Made by a program: the position numbers and the translations under genes
Source of the DNA: Macrostomum lignano
Lineage: Eukaryota
DNA: 64,000 nucleotides
Direction of reading: 5' to 3'
Assembly: GCA_002269645.1 (NCBI GenBank)
Contig: NIVC01002017.1
Coordinates: 124,001 to 188,000, forward strand
The notes under the pieces: generated by a model
The model's database searches: none
What the model was told of the DNA's origin: nothing
The model's input: the letters and a program-made list of their open reading frames with translations, nothing else
In this document: piece by piece, positions 11,640-21,553 of the stretch
Position numbering within the stretch: position 1 is the stretch's first letter
Layout of the letters: each line of letters starts with the position of its first letter

Positions 11640-13301
11640 TCACCAGCTTCGGGTCGGGGTCGCCGGTGTCCATGGGCTCTTCTTCAGCAAAAGGCCCCCG
11701 GTTGGTCGGAAGGCAATAGGCAGCGTTCGCCGCCCTTCGCCCACCAGCCATGGGTCCTCCGCTTCAGACTGGCCCAATGCCCTGGAGCAGCCAGCCGCCT
11801 GGGCAGGCGGGTCCGTCTCCAGTCGGCCCTGCCCCGAGGGGTTGGGCCCAGCTGGGACGTCCCCACCCTCCCTGGACGAACTGGTGCGCCTAGGCGTCCC
11901 GGCGACCTCTCTCCTCAGCTGGGTGATTTTGGCGGTACGGACTGCCTCAGCTGCGCGCTGGTACAGGCCGCGTCGCTTGGAGCTGCGTGCCGGGCGTCGG
12001 TCTCCTCCGCCCTCAGCGGCGCGCTCGGCTTTACCCGCGCGGCCGTGCTGCCGGGCGGGGCGGTTTGCTTTGGCAGCCTGAGCAGAAGCTCGCGCCACGG
12101 CCCCGGCTGCTTCGGCATTCCGCCCGCCCTGCTCACCGCCACGGGGAGGGTCGGCCTCGTAGGAGCGGATGCGCAGCTTCCAAAGGCCGACGTTGATGAA
12201 GCTGCCGTGCGGATAGCGCCTCATCCAGGCGTCCGACAGCCCCAGGATGGCTGTGAAGCCAGTGCCGTCGGTGCGCTTAAGGGTGTCATGCACCACTAGG
12301 CCCGCGGCGGGAAGCTCCCGGTTGACTGCTAGCAGTCCTTTCCGGAGCTCGTCAGCAGAGGTAACGACGCTCCTGGCCGGAACCCAGATTCGATGCCTCT
12401 TGGTCCGGGGGCGCTCATCCTCTCTGCAGAAGGCTAGGTTGAGGTCCCAGCTCTGCTCGGGCAGCAGCTCAAGGAGCCGCCGACCCGAGTCAGCATCACT
12501 GGGCCAAATGAGAAGGCACGAGTCCCTCGTCGCATTCGAATGAATGTTCAGAGGCGTGCCCTTCAGAGTTTGCTTCCACAGGAGGCCATCAACGGCACCT
12601 CTCACCTGCTTCAGCTGATCGGGAGACAGGCGCGCGTCCTTCCCCAGAATGACAACCGCCGGTTGCCTCTTTGCCGCATCAGCGTAGGAGGCCCGGGGGT
12701 CGGTGGAGCATTCTTCAGGTGGGCTGTCCACCCTCCCGGCTGCATCGTCCTCCCCATCCTGGACAGGGGCTTCAGTGGGCTCGAGGCCCTCTTCCGCCAC
12801 CGCCCCAGATTGGGAAGCTTCCGCTGCCGCGGGCCGTTGGCCCCTGGCGCCGGTTAGGCTTCCGCCCTCCTTGGCCCGCCTCGCCTTGTTAAGTCGACGG
12901 CGGGCAGCTTCAGAGGTGGTGCTCAACTGCTTGGCAGCTGGAGTAGCAGGTGTCTTCTCGGAGGCACCGCTCAGAGTTGGCTCCACGGGTCTCGCCGAGG
13001 CGTCCCCGATGGTAGCAGGTGGTATGGCCGCGGAGTCCACGGCCCCAGCCGAGGCCGGAGGCACTGTGTCATCCACAGCCGGTTGGGTACTTCGGTTAGA
13101 AGCCATTGGCTGGAAGTAAAAGGTGGGACTTCCTGCAGAACACAGGCAAAGAGCCGCAAGGCCGCAACCCCAAACCAAGCGGCAGGCCTCCAAAAAGCAA
13201 AATACCACCCTGCTGGGGGACCTAAAAGCGCAAGGGGAACCGTTAGCGACCAGACTACTCCCTGGCCAAGCGTCCATCAGCACGGAGTTACACTGGGACA
13301 T
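11640..13301 (-). CDS. LINE ORF1 (gag-like; central region resembles the DUF4780-type ORF1 of LOA/R1 elements)
   Basis: 553-codon ORF directly upstream of ORF2. A/P/E-rich N-terminus and SYADAAK motif; the region RHRIWVP...LLAVNRELP...FTAILGLS...GLWKLRIR resembles this ORF1 family. Confidence 0.75.
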   Translation of the reverse strand: MSQCNSVLMDAWPGSSLVANGSPCAFRSPSRVVFCFLEACRLVWGCGLAALCLCSAGSPTFYFQPMASNRSTQPAVDDTVPPASAGAVDSAAIPPATIGDASARPVEPTLSGASEKTPATPAAKQLSTTSEAARRRLNKARRAKEGGSLTGARGQRPAAAEASQSGAVAEEGLEPTEAPVQDGEDDAAGRVDSPPEECSTDPRASYADAAKRQPAVVILGKDARLSPDQLKQVRGAVDGLLWKQTLKGTPLNIHSNATRDSCLLIWPSDADSGRRLLELLPEQSWDLNLAFCREDERPRTKRHRIWVPARSVVTSADELRKGLLAVNRELPAAGLVVHDTLKRTDGTGFTAILGLSDAWMRRYPHGSFINVGLWKLRIRSYEADPPRGGEQGGRNAEAAGAVARASAQAAKANRPARQHGRAGKAERAAEGGGDRRPARSSKRRGLYQRAAEAVRTAKITQLRREVAGTPRRTSSSREGGDVPAGPNPSGQGRLETDPPAQAAGCSRALGQSEAEDPWLVGEGRRTLPIAFRPTGGLLLKKSPWTPATPTRSW

Positions 13302-13580
13302 TAGAGGGTGCGTTTATATGGTCACACCAGGACCCGGCGCCAACGAATCAGCTCGGCAAGGCCCGAGAGCCTGCCTTAACACCCACGGGACGAGTACCCT
13401 TCGAAGTGCGCCTTGCAAGGTGAAAATCAGGAGACAGAGTCTCTTTAGCTATCAGCCCGCCAGGGGAGGCAGGTGTGAGCATCGCTGGCTGGGATAAGGG
13501 CCATACCAGTCTCATACTGCACAGATAGTTCACCACGCCATTGCGTGCAGGACCCGGGGTCCTGGGGCAACAGCCCCGGC

Positions 13581-13958
13581 CATCACTGATGAAGGAATAG
13601 AATGGATTGCTAATCTAGCCAACATCACTGAGGAAGGAATAGAATGGATTGCTAATCTAGCCAGCATCACTGATGAAGGAATAGAATGGATTGCTAATCT
13701 AGCCAACATCACTGATGAAGGAATAGAACGGATTACTAATCTAGCCAGCATCACTGATGAAGGAATAGAATGGATTGCTAATCTAGCCAACATCACTGAT
13801 GAAGGAATAGAATGGATTGCTAATCTAGCCGACATCACTGATGAAGGAATAGAATGGATTGCTAATCTAGCCAGCATCACTGATGAAGGAATAGAATGGA
13901 TTGCTAATCTAGCCAGCATCACTGATGAAGGAATAGAATGGATTGCTAATCTAGCCAA
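13581..13958. repeat. 42-bp minisatellite, array 1 (~9 units)
   Basis: Unit CATCACTGATGAAGGAATAGAATGGATTGCTAATCTAGCCAR. Confidence 0.97.
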
Positions 13959-14570
13959 CACCGCGTATGAAGGATTCGAATATACCTCTATGCCAGCCAT
14001 CATTGTGTAACTAAATAAAAGGAATAGCGCCTGTCAATTAAATATTGAAAAAAGAAAAACGGCACGGAACAAGAGGGCAATCAGAGATATTAAATTCCAT
14101 TTATTCTTTCAATTTGAATCCTTGATGAAGAAACAACCTTCATCCATTGAGCCCTCTCAATCGCCTTGAATAGGGGCTGCTTGTCCGGCCCGTGTCAGAT
14201 GAATTCCCGCAATTCCTCTAACGCAGAGAAGCCTCGCTTATCTGGTGGCTGAGCCATTCCGAATTCAGAAGTTCAACACTGCCGGACCGCGCAGCTCCCA
14301 AACCAGGATAAAACAGCCAGCTGCACACGCGATGCGTGCGATCCAGGATTGGCCGAGAGGCAGCTCAGGCCATGGGACAGGGGAACCCCCGGGGTTGGTC
14401 CGGAGGGGGAGCGTTGGCTGCGTTTTGAGCAGCATAATAAATGAAGCACGATTTTTGCTGATAGGTAGGTCTTCATCTGTGTTAGTTCGGTGTTTCGGCT
14501 TCTGCTCCCCGAAATTATTTGCTTTTTCTGCTCAATTTTTCTCGCTTCTACAAGGTAAGAAGGGTGTTTT

Positions 14571-15223
14571 GGCTAGATTAGCAATTCATTCTATTCCTTC
14601 ATCAGTGATGCTGGCTAGATTAGCAATCCATTGTATTCCTTCATCAGTGATGCTGGCTAGATTAGCAATCCATTCTATTCCTTATCAGTGATGCTGGCTA
14701 GATTAGCAATCCATTCTATTCCTTTATCAGCGATCATGCTGGCTAGATTAGCAATCCATTCTATTCCTTCATCAGTGATGTTGGCTAGATTAGCAATCCA
14801 TTCTATTCCTTCATCAGTGATGTTGGCTAGATTAGCAATCCATTCTATTCCTTCATCAGTGATGCTGGCTAGATTAGCAATCCGTTCTATTCCTTCATCA
14901 GTGATGTTGGCTAGATTAGCAATCCATTCTATTCCTTCATCAGCGATGCTGGCTAGATTAGCAATCCATTCTATTCCTTCATCAGCGATCATGCTGGCTA
15001 GATTAGCAATCCATTCTATTCCTTCATCAGTGATGTTGGCTAGATTAGCAATCCATTCTATTCCTTTATCAGTGATGTCGGCTAGATTAGCAATCCATTC
15101 TATTCCTTCATCAGTGATGTTGGCTAGATTAGCAATCCATTATATTCCTTCATCAGTGATGCTGGCTAGATTAGCAATCCATTCTATTCCTTCATCAGTG
15201 ATGCTGGCTAGATTAGCAATCCA
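14571..15223. repeat. 42-bp minisatellite, array 2 (~15 units), inverted relative to array 1
   Basis: Unit GGCTAGATTAGCAATCCATTCTATTCCTTCATCAGTGATGYT, the reverse complement of array 1. Confidence 0.97.
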
Positions 15224-15455
15224 AGAATATATAATGTAACTGAATTGCTATTGGAACAAAGGCACAGAAAAGCACTGCAGGGCCACATCAAAGTGGATCA
15301 GTTCAATCACACAGAATGTGAGCACTCGACTCGCTGGGGAGTCATCATATAAAAGATTGATTTGAGAAGCAGCTCCCACACAATGCCAATGTTTGCTAAT
15401 CGTGCCAAACCCAGCCAGAACCTGCTGCTGCTGCTGCAGAAGAAGAGCAGCAACA

Positions 15456-18400
15456 ATGGCGCAACTTTACTTGCTTCTGCCGTGTCTGCTTCTAGCGGCC
15501 TGGCCATTTCCTGTTGCTTCTGGGCAGCCGTGCCGCCGCGTCGAGCAGCTCCTTGGCCGCCTCTCCGATCTGATCGATTTCTACGCCTCTGACGCCGAAC
15601 GGGTGAACACTGACGGCTACTTCGGCCTGCGACTGTCGCGCGACCTCCTGGCGCCGACTGCCGTGGCCGCTGCGGTGCTGACTCAGTGCGGCAGCTCCCC
15701 AGCCAACCAACTTCAATCTGCGCTGCTCCGGCAGGACCTCCTGGCCAGCCGCTTCGAGAGTCGCATCGCCGACCGCGCCGCCGGCTACGACAGGGACACC
15801 TACTTCCGAATCTGCGAGCCCATGGCTGGCCGGTTCCAGCGGCTGACCGGAGCTCCGAGGTCGGCGATGGTCCTGGGCGATCCCGGCGGAGCGGCCGGCC
15901 GATGGCCGAACGGAGAGGCGGCCGTTGCGAGCACCGTGTACCGGCTGATTGAGTACGATGAGCCCGCTGGAGATGCCTGCCTGATGAAGGCTCTGCGGAC
16001 TGATGGCGGGTGAGTGAGTGAGTGAGTGAGTGAGTGAGTGAGTGAGTGAGTGAGTGAGTGAGTGAGTGAGTGAGTGAGTGAGTGAGTTCATGAGTTCATG
16101 AGTGAGTGAGTGAGTGAGTGAGTGAGTGAGTGAGTGAGTTCATGAGTGAGTGAGTGAGTGAGTGAGTGAGTGAGTGACTGAGTGAGTGAGTGAGTGAGTT
16201 CATGAGTGAGTGAGTTCATGAGTGAGTGAGTGAGTGAGTGAGTGAGTGACTGAGTGAGTGAGTGAGTGACTGAGTGAGTGAGTGAGTGAGTGAACACACA
16301 TTCGCCACTGCTCATCGCACCGCAGATGCTGGAACACGGCTACCTGTCCTTATTTCGACCGGAATTTGGAAAAATCATCTGGATATTACCTGACTCACCA
16401 GCTGCTGTATAAACTGATCAAGGACTTGGTGAGTTTAAGTTTAGTCTCAAAGATTTGTTGGCTAGATAAACAGTCCATTTCACTACTTCCTTGTTGTCTA
16501 GATGTTTTCTAGATTAACAATCCGTTCTATTCCTTCATCAGTGATGCTGGCTAGATTAGCAATCCATTCTATTCCTTCATCAGTGATGCTGGCTAGATTA
16601 GCAATCCATTCTATTCCTTCATCAGTGATGTCGGCTAGATTAGCAATCCATTCTATTCCTTCATCAGTGATGCTGGCTAGATTAGCAATCCATTCTATTC
16701 CTTCATCAGTGATGCTGGCTAGATTAGCAATCCATTCTATTTCTGCATCAGTGATGTTGGCTAGATTAGCAATCCATTCTATTCCTTCATCAGTGATGCT
16801 GGCTAGATTAGCAATCCATTCTATTCCTTCATCAGTGATGCTGGCTAGATTAGCAATCCATTCTATTTCTGCATCAGTGATGCTGGCTAGATTAGCAATC
16901 CATTCTATTCCTTCATCAGTGATGCTGGCTAGATTAGCAATCCATTCTATTCCTTCATCAGCGATGCTGGCTAGATTAGCAATCCATTCTATTCCTTCAT
17001 CAGCGATGCTGGCTAGATTAGCAATCCATTCTATTCCTGCATCAGTGATGTTGGCTAGATTAGCAATCCGTTATTTTCCTTCATCAGCGATCATGCTGGC
17101 TAGATTAGCAATCCAGAAGAGGGACGTTCTGGTTATTCTGTTCCCTTCCCTAGAAATTTCCCCTGTCACTTGAAAAGACACTGAAGTTCTGTTTGCAGAA
17201 ACTGTGCAAACAGTTTGGCTCGCCGGCTCATTCCATAAGTAAAAGATGACGGATTTTGAACCTACGCAACCCCCCCCCCACCCCTAATGCCTTATTTTGG
17301 ACAAGCAGACTATTTAAGTCCGCAGAAGCAGTTTTCATCTTTTACTCTGCTTGTTAAGCACTGCTGAACTGGGAGCTGGTTCCATCGATGTACGCTCGTA
17401 GCAGACAAGCCTTGGGCAGCAGCTGCAGCACTGCCCATAATTACAGCAAAAATTATCTGCCTATTTCACTCCACGGCCCGAATAAAATTGGCGCTCGCCT
17501 CGAATCCTGGCGCGGAAATGCGAACTTCGTAGAATATCTAAAATCCTGTCAAAACAAAAGTTGTTAATTTCCTCTCTGCAGGGTCCGTGCGAATCGGTCT
17601 CCCCTGACCGGGGCCTGGCCACCGAGTTCACTGCCGTCTGCCGTAAAGTGCTGTCCGAGTTTAAACTGATTCAAGCGGCCAATTGGACTCTCATCTCGCG
17701 ACAGATGGGAGACGGCATGGCTGGTGGCCTGAGGGACCTCCACATGGAGCAGGGTGGGCGCTGCGGCTGGCGCTGCGGAGGGGCGGGACTGAGGATAGGG
17801 GGTAGGGAGCGGAGCTGAGGATGGGGTAGAGGGCGGAGCTGAGGGTAGAGTAGAAGGCGGAGCTGAGGATGGGGTAGAGGGCGGAGCTGAGGATGGGGTA
17901 GAGGGCGAAGCTGAGTATAGGGTAAAGGGCGGAGCTGAGGATGGGGTAGAGGGCGGAGCTGAGGATGGGGTTGAGGGTGGAGCTGAGGATGGGGTAGAGG
18001 GCGGAGCTGAGGATGGGGTAGAGGGCGGAGCTGAGGATGGGGTAGAGGGCGGAGCTGAGGATGGGGTAGAGGGCGAAGCTGAGTATAGGGTAAAGGGCGG
18101 AGCTGAGGATGGGGTTGAGGGCGGAGCTGAGGATGGGGTAGAGGGCGGAGCTGAGGATGGGGTAGAGGGCGGAGCTGAGGATGGGGTAGAGGGCGGAGCT
18201 GAGGATGGGGTTGAGGGCGGAAGTGATTATGGGGTAGAGGGCGGAGCTGAGGATGGGGTAGAGGGCGGAGCTGAGGATGGGGTTGAGGGCGGAAGTGATT
18301 ATGGGGTAGAGGGCGGAGTGGAGTATGGGGTAGAGGGCGGAACCAATCTTTATCAATGCACGATCGCCAAATCTTATTTCCCGCACCAAAACACTTTCGC

Positions 18401-19578
18401 CAGCACTTCTCTGTGGACTGGCGGGTTTCAAGGACTTCTACAACGGCGGCTCGGTGTCCACGGTGGCCTCCTGGCAGGACCCGCAGCTCGGCTGCTTCAA
18501 GCTGTCCGTCAGCGGCTCCGCCGCCGCGGCCTCCGGACCCGCCGTGGGGCGGAAAATTCTGCGCGATGCTGAAATGCAGGGCAAGTGATGACGGGGAATA
18601 GCAGCCCAATTAGCGAAGAATAATTCCCCCTAAACCATGTTTAAAATTCCATTTTGGAATCGTTTGGTGAGTGAGAAATTCCCCCTTTATGGAATCGTTT
18701 CATGGGTGAGAAATTCCCCCTTTATGGAATCGTTTGATGAGTGAGAAATTCCCCCTTTATGGAATCGTTTGATAAGTGAGAAATTCCCACTTAAAGAATC
18801 GTTTGATGAGTGAGAAATTCCCCCTTTATGGAATCGTTTCATGGGTGAGAAATTCCCACTTAAAGAATCGTTTGATGAGTGAGAAATTCCCCCTTTGGAA
18901 TCATTTGGTGAGTGAGAAATTCCCACTTAAAGAATCGTTTAATGAGTGAGAAATTCCCCCTTTGGAATCATTTGGTGAGTGAGAAATTCCCACTTAAAGA
19001 ATCGTTTGATGAGTGAGAAATTCCCCCTTTGGAATCATTTGGTGAGTGAGAAATTCCCACTTAAAGAATCGTTTGATGAGTGAGAAATTCCCCCTTTGGA
19101 ATCATTTGGTGAGTGAGAAATTCCCACTTAAAGAATCGTTTAATGAGTGAGAAATTCCCCCTTTGGAATCATTTGGTGAGTGAGAAATTCCCACTTAAAG
19201 AATCGTTTGATGAGTGAGAAATTCCCCCTTTGGAATCATTTGGTGAGTGAGAAATTCCCACTTAAAGAATCGTTTGATGAGTGAGAAATTCCCCCTTTGG
19301 AATCATTTGGTGAGTGAGAAATTCCCACTTAAAGAATCGTTTGATGAGTGAGAAATTCCCCCTTTGGAATCATTTGGTGAGTGAGAAATTCCCACTTAAA
19401 GAATCGTTTGATGAGTGAGAAATTCCCCTTTGGAATCATTTGGTGAGTGAGAAATTCCTACTTAAAGAATCGTTTGATGAGTGAGAAATTCCCCCTTGCA
19501 GGTGGCTGCTCAGCCCACTCCACCGGCATGGCTATGGGTTACTATAGCAACGCCATTCGGTTTCTGCTGGATGTCTGA
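15456..19578 (+). CDS. Secreted DUF4735 / UPF0764 (C16orf89-like) protein, 5 exons
   Basis: Exons 15456-16009, 16326-16428, 17582-17753, 18404-18580 and 19502-19578 join in frame. Signal peptide MAQLYLLLPCLLLAAWP. Family motifs NTDGYFGLR, DACL, SGYYLTHQLLY, RDLHMEQ, LCGLAGF, SWQDPQLGCF and GGCSAHSTG. Intron 4 is GC-AG. Confidence 0.88.
16010..16292 (+). repeat. (GTGA)n/(GAGT)n microsatellite filling most of intron 1
   Basis: Starts at the GTGAGT donor; occasional TTCA and GACT variants. Confidence 0.97.
16510..17115. repeat. 42-bp minisatellite, array 3 (~14 units), in intron 2 of the DUF4735 gene
   Basis: Same unit and orientation as array 2. Confidence 0.97.
17780..18345. repeat. 24-bp G-rich minisatellite (GGGCGGAGCTGAGGATGGGGTAGA)n in intron 3
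   Basis: About 23 visible tandem units. Confidence 0.97.
18650..19497. repeat. 33/34-bp minisatellite with a 67-bp dimeric higher-order repeat, in intron 4
   Basis: GAGTGAGAAATTCCCCCTTTGGAATCATTTGGT alternates with GAGTGAGAAATTCCCACTTAAAGAATCGTTTGAT. Confidence 0.95.
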
Positions 19579-20411
19579 TCGCCACCCGAGCTGTCATATC
19601 CAAACCTCAATATTGTCAAAAATCTTTGTGAAATATATCGGTCAAAAATGGCTGTTCAATGCTGAGCTGGGCTGCTCAGGCAGAAGTACATGCAGATTTT
19701 CTGCTCAATCAGTGGACTCTGACGAATGAGCCAGGCTTATTCTCGGTTGCCAGTCAAAATGAAAATTACCAAATTTACCTTTGTTACAAGAGACATGAGC
19801 TGCTACAGGTGACGCACCTGTTCTTACACCTATCTCGTTTTTACATTTAATGAAAGTTTCACCGCCTTGACTGGATCGGCAATCTCTGACCTCGCGCCAA
19901 AAAAGAAAAATTAATAATGCATGCAAAAAATTCTATTAAAAGGTACGAGCATATTCGGAATCATGGTGGACTATCTTACTCATGAGTAGAAGGTATGGAT
20001 TTTTGTTGGTAACATTTGTTGGTAGCCTCCGACCGGCCCTCATCTCCTCTCCCTCTGTCCTCTCAACTTATCTAATCTCTTCTCTCCTTTAAACTTTACC
20101 CTCTGCCCTCTTCTCTCCTCTTATCTCCGGTGTTTGCTCGCTCATTAACTTTTTTGAACCTAGACTCGATAAACTCGATTTTCCAGGGAAACTTCGGCTG
20201 TTTTGACAAAATTAATTTTGAGAACTTCTTTGATAAGAGAGAATAGATTGCATACTCTCCGTCTGCTAGCTAGCATCAAATGGGCCAGATAGTAAGTGGC
20301 ACAGGTAGAATCACTGTAAGGTGTCTCAATTGAGTTTAAGGTCCACGGAGACCTTGGATCTCTGGTCAAGCAAAAAGTCAGTCATAAACAAAACTTTTGT
20401 GAATGGAGTTG

Positions 20412-20768
20412 AGCAGTCTGTAGCTGAGCAGTCTGTACATGAGCAGTCTGTACCTGAGCAGTCTGTACCTGAGCAGTTTATACCTGAGCAGTCTGTACCT
20501 GAGCAGTCTATACCTGAGCAGTCTGTACCTGAGCAGTCGGTACCTGAGCAGTCTGTACCTGAGCAGTCTATGTACCTGAGCAGTCTGTACCTGAGCAGTC
20601 TGTACATGTACCTGAGCAGTCTGTACATGTACCTGAGCAGTCTGTACATGTACCTGAGCAGTCTGTACCTGAGCAGTCTATACCTGAGCAGTCTGTACCC
20701 GAGCAGTCTGTACCTGAGCAGTCTGTACCTGAGCAGTCTGTACCTGAGCAGTCTGTACCTGAGCAGTT
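20412..20768. repeat. 15-bp minisatellite (GAGCAGTCTGTACCT)n
   Basis: Visible tandem units with 6-bp GTACAT insertion variants. Confidence 0.95.
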
Positions 20769-21553
20769 TGTATTGATGTTTGTGCTAGCACATTTGTGTA
20801 CAGTGCTTAACCCCAAATATTATCGATTAAATATTTGCTATGTACCTGGCCCTGCCAGGTGAAAAACTAATAAAAGCTGTCACTCTGAGTCATTTTGCTC
20901 TCCACTTTTTTGCTTACAAATATGTCTTGACTTGAGAGTTTCTCCAGACCAACAAATAGGTCTCTTATCAGTTTCTAACAGAAATGGTAAAAAAATTACT
21001 TCTGCAAATGTTCTTGCTGAAAAGGTAGATATGACTGGGTTGGTAAGTGGGTAAGAAATTTGACACACCTGCACAATTCCATTATGGAGTTTTGCTAGAA
21101 TGCATTCTACAAGAAGACAATTAAACTGAATGGGCGGAGAGAGAGAGAGCTCGGCCCTTGGCAGGGTCAGAGACAAGTTCACTGAGATTGGCCAGCTCGT
21201 GTCTCTCACCTGCTCTTTGCCAACCAGGGAAATGTAAAAGCAACTCAGAAAGAGAACGGGTGAGAGTAGAGAATCAAAATGTGCAAGGAATATCTCCCCC
21301 TTCTGTAGGACAGAACGGCTCACTCTTGCACAGTTGCTATGGAAACTGATGGACCCAATCAGTACGGCTTGTGTGCACCCAGGTGTGTGTGTGTGTGTGT
21401 GTGTGTGTGTTCGTACGTTTGTGTCAGAGAAAAAAGATAAATAAATTAATCAAATTAAGAACTTGTGCCGAAAAGCTGTTAAGTGTTACCAGACTGCTAC
21501 GCAAGCCGGACTGTCTAATATCTCTACAATCTAGCACTGCCCCGCAAGCCACC

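Larger units (their letters stand above)
7770..13580 (-). mobile_element. Full-length non-LTR retrotransposon (LINE), LOA/R1 (I-group)-like, ~5.8 kb
   Basis: 5' UTR (~13302-13580), ORF1, then ORF2 with APE endonuclease, RT, RNase H and CCHC. Short 3' UTR ends in a tandem (TAAGTCAAG)2 tail at 7770-7787. No TSD identified. Confidence 0.93.

Noticed and set aside
8138-13497. Numerous plus-strand ORFs overlapping the LINE
   Set aside because: Antisense shadows of GC-rich coding sequence. The same applies to shadow ORFs over the ankyrin and PP2C genes.
13581-17115. 42-bp arrays as CRISPR arrays or minimal hammerhead ribozymes (CTGATGA in each unit)
   Set aside because: There are no unique spacers or cas genes and the context is eukaryotic. 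CTGATGA is not followed by a stem II and GAAA core.
13530-17173. ORFs made of MLARLAIHSIPSSV repeats
   Set aside because: These are translations of the 42-bp satellite (a multiple of 3). One array lies in an intron and the others are in opposite orientations.
17671-18609. Long Pro/His-rich and SALYPILS ORFs on the minus strand
   Set aside because: These are translations of the 24-bp intronic satellite, antisense to a well-supported gene.
20321-20816. EQSVP / DCSGT repeat ORFs resembling antifreeze or mucin proteins
   Set aside because: Products of a 15-bp satellite, open in several frames, with no splice or signal context.
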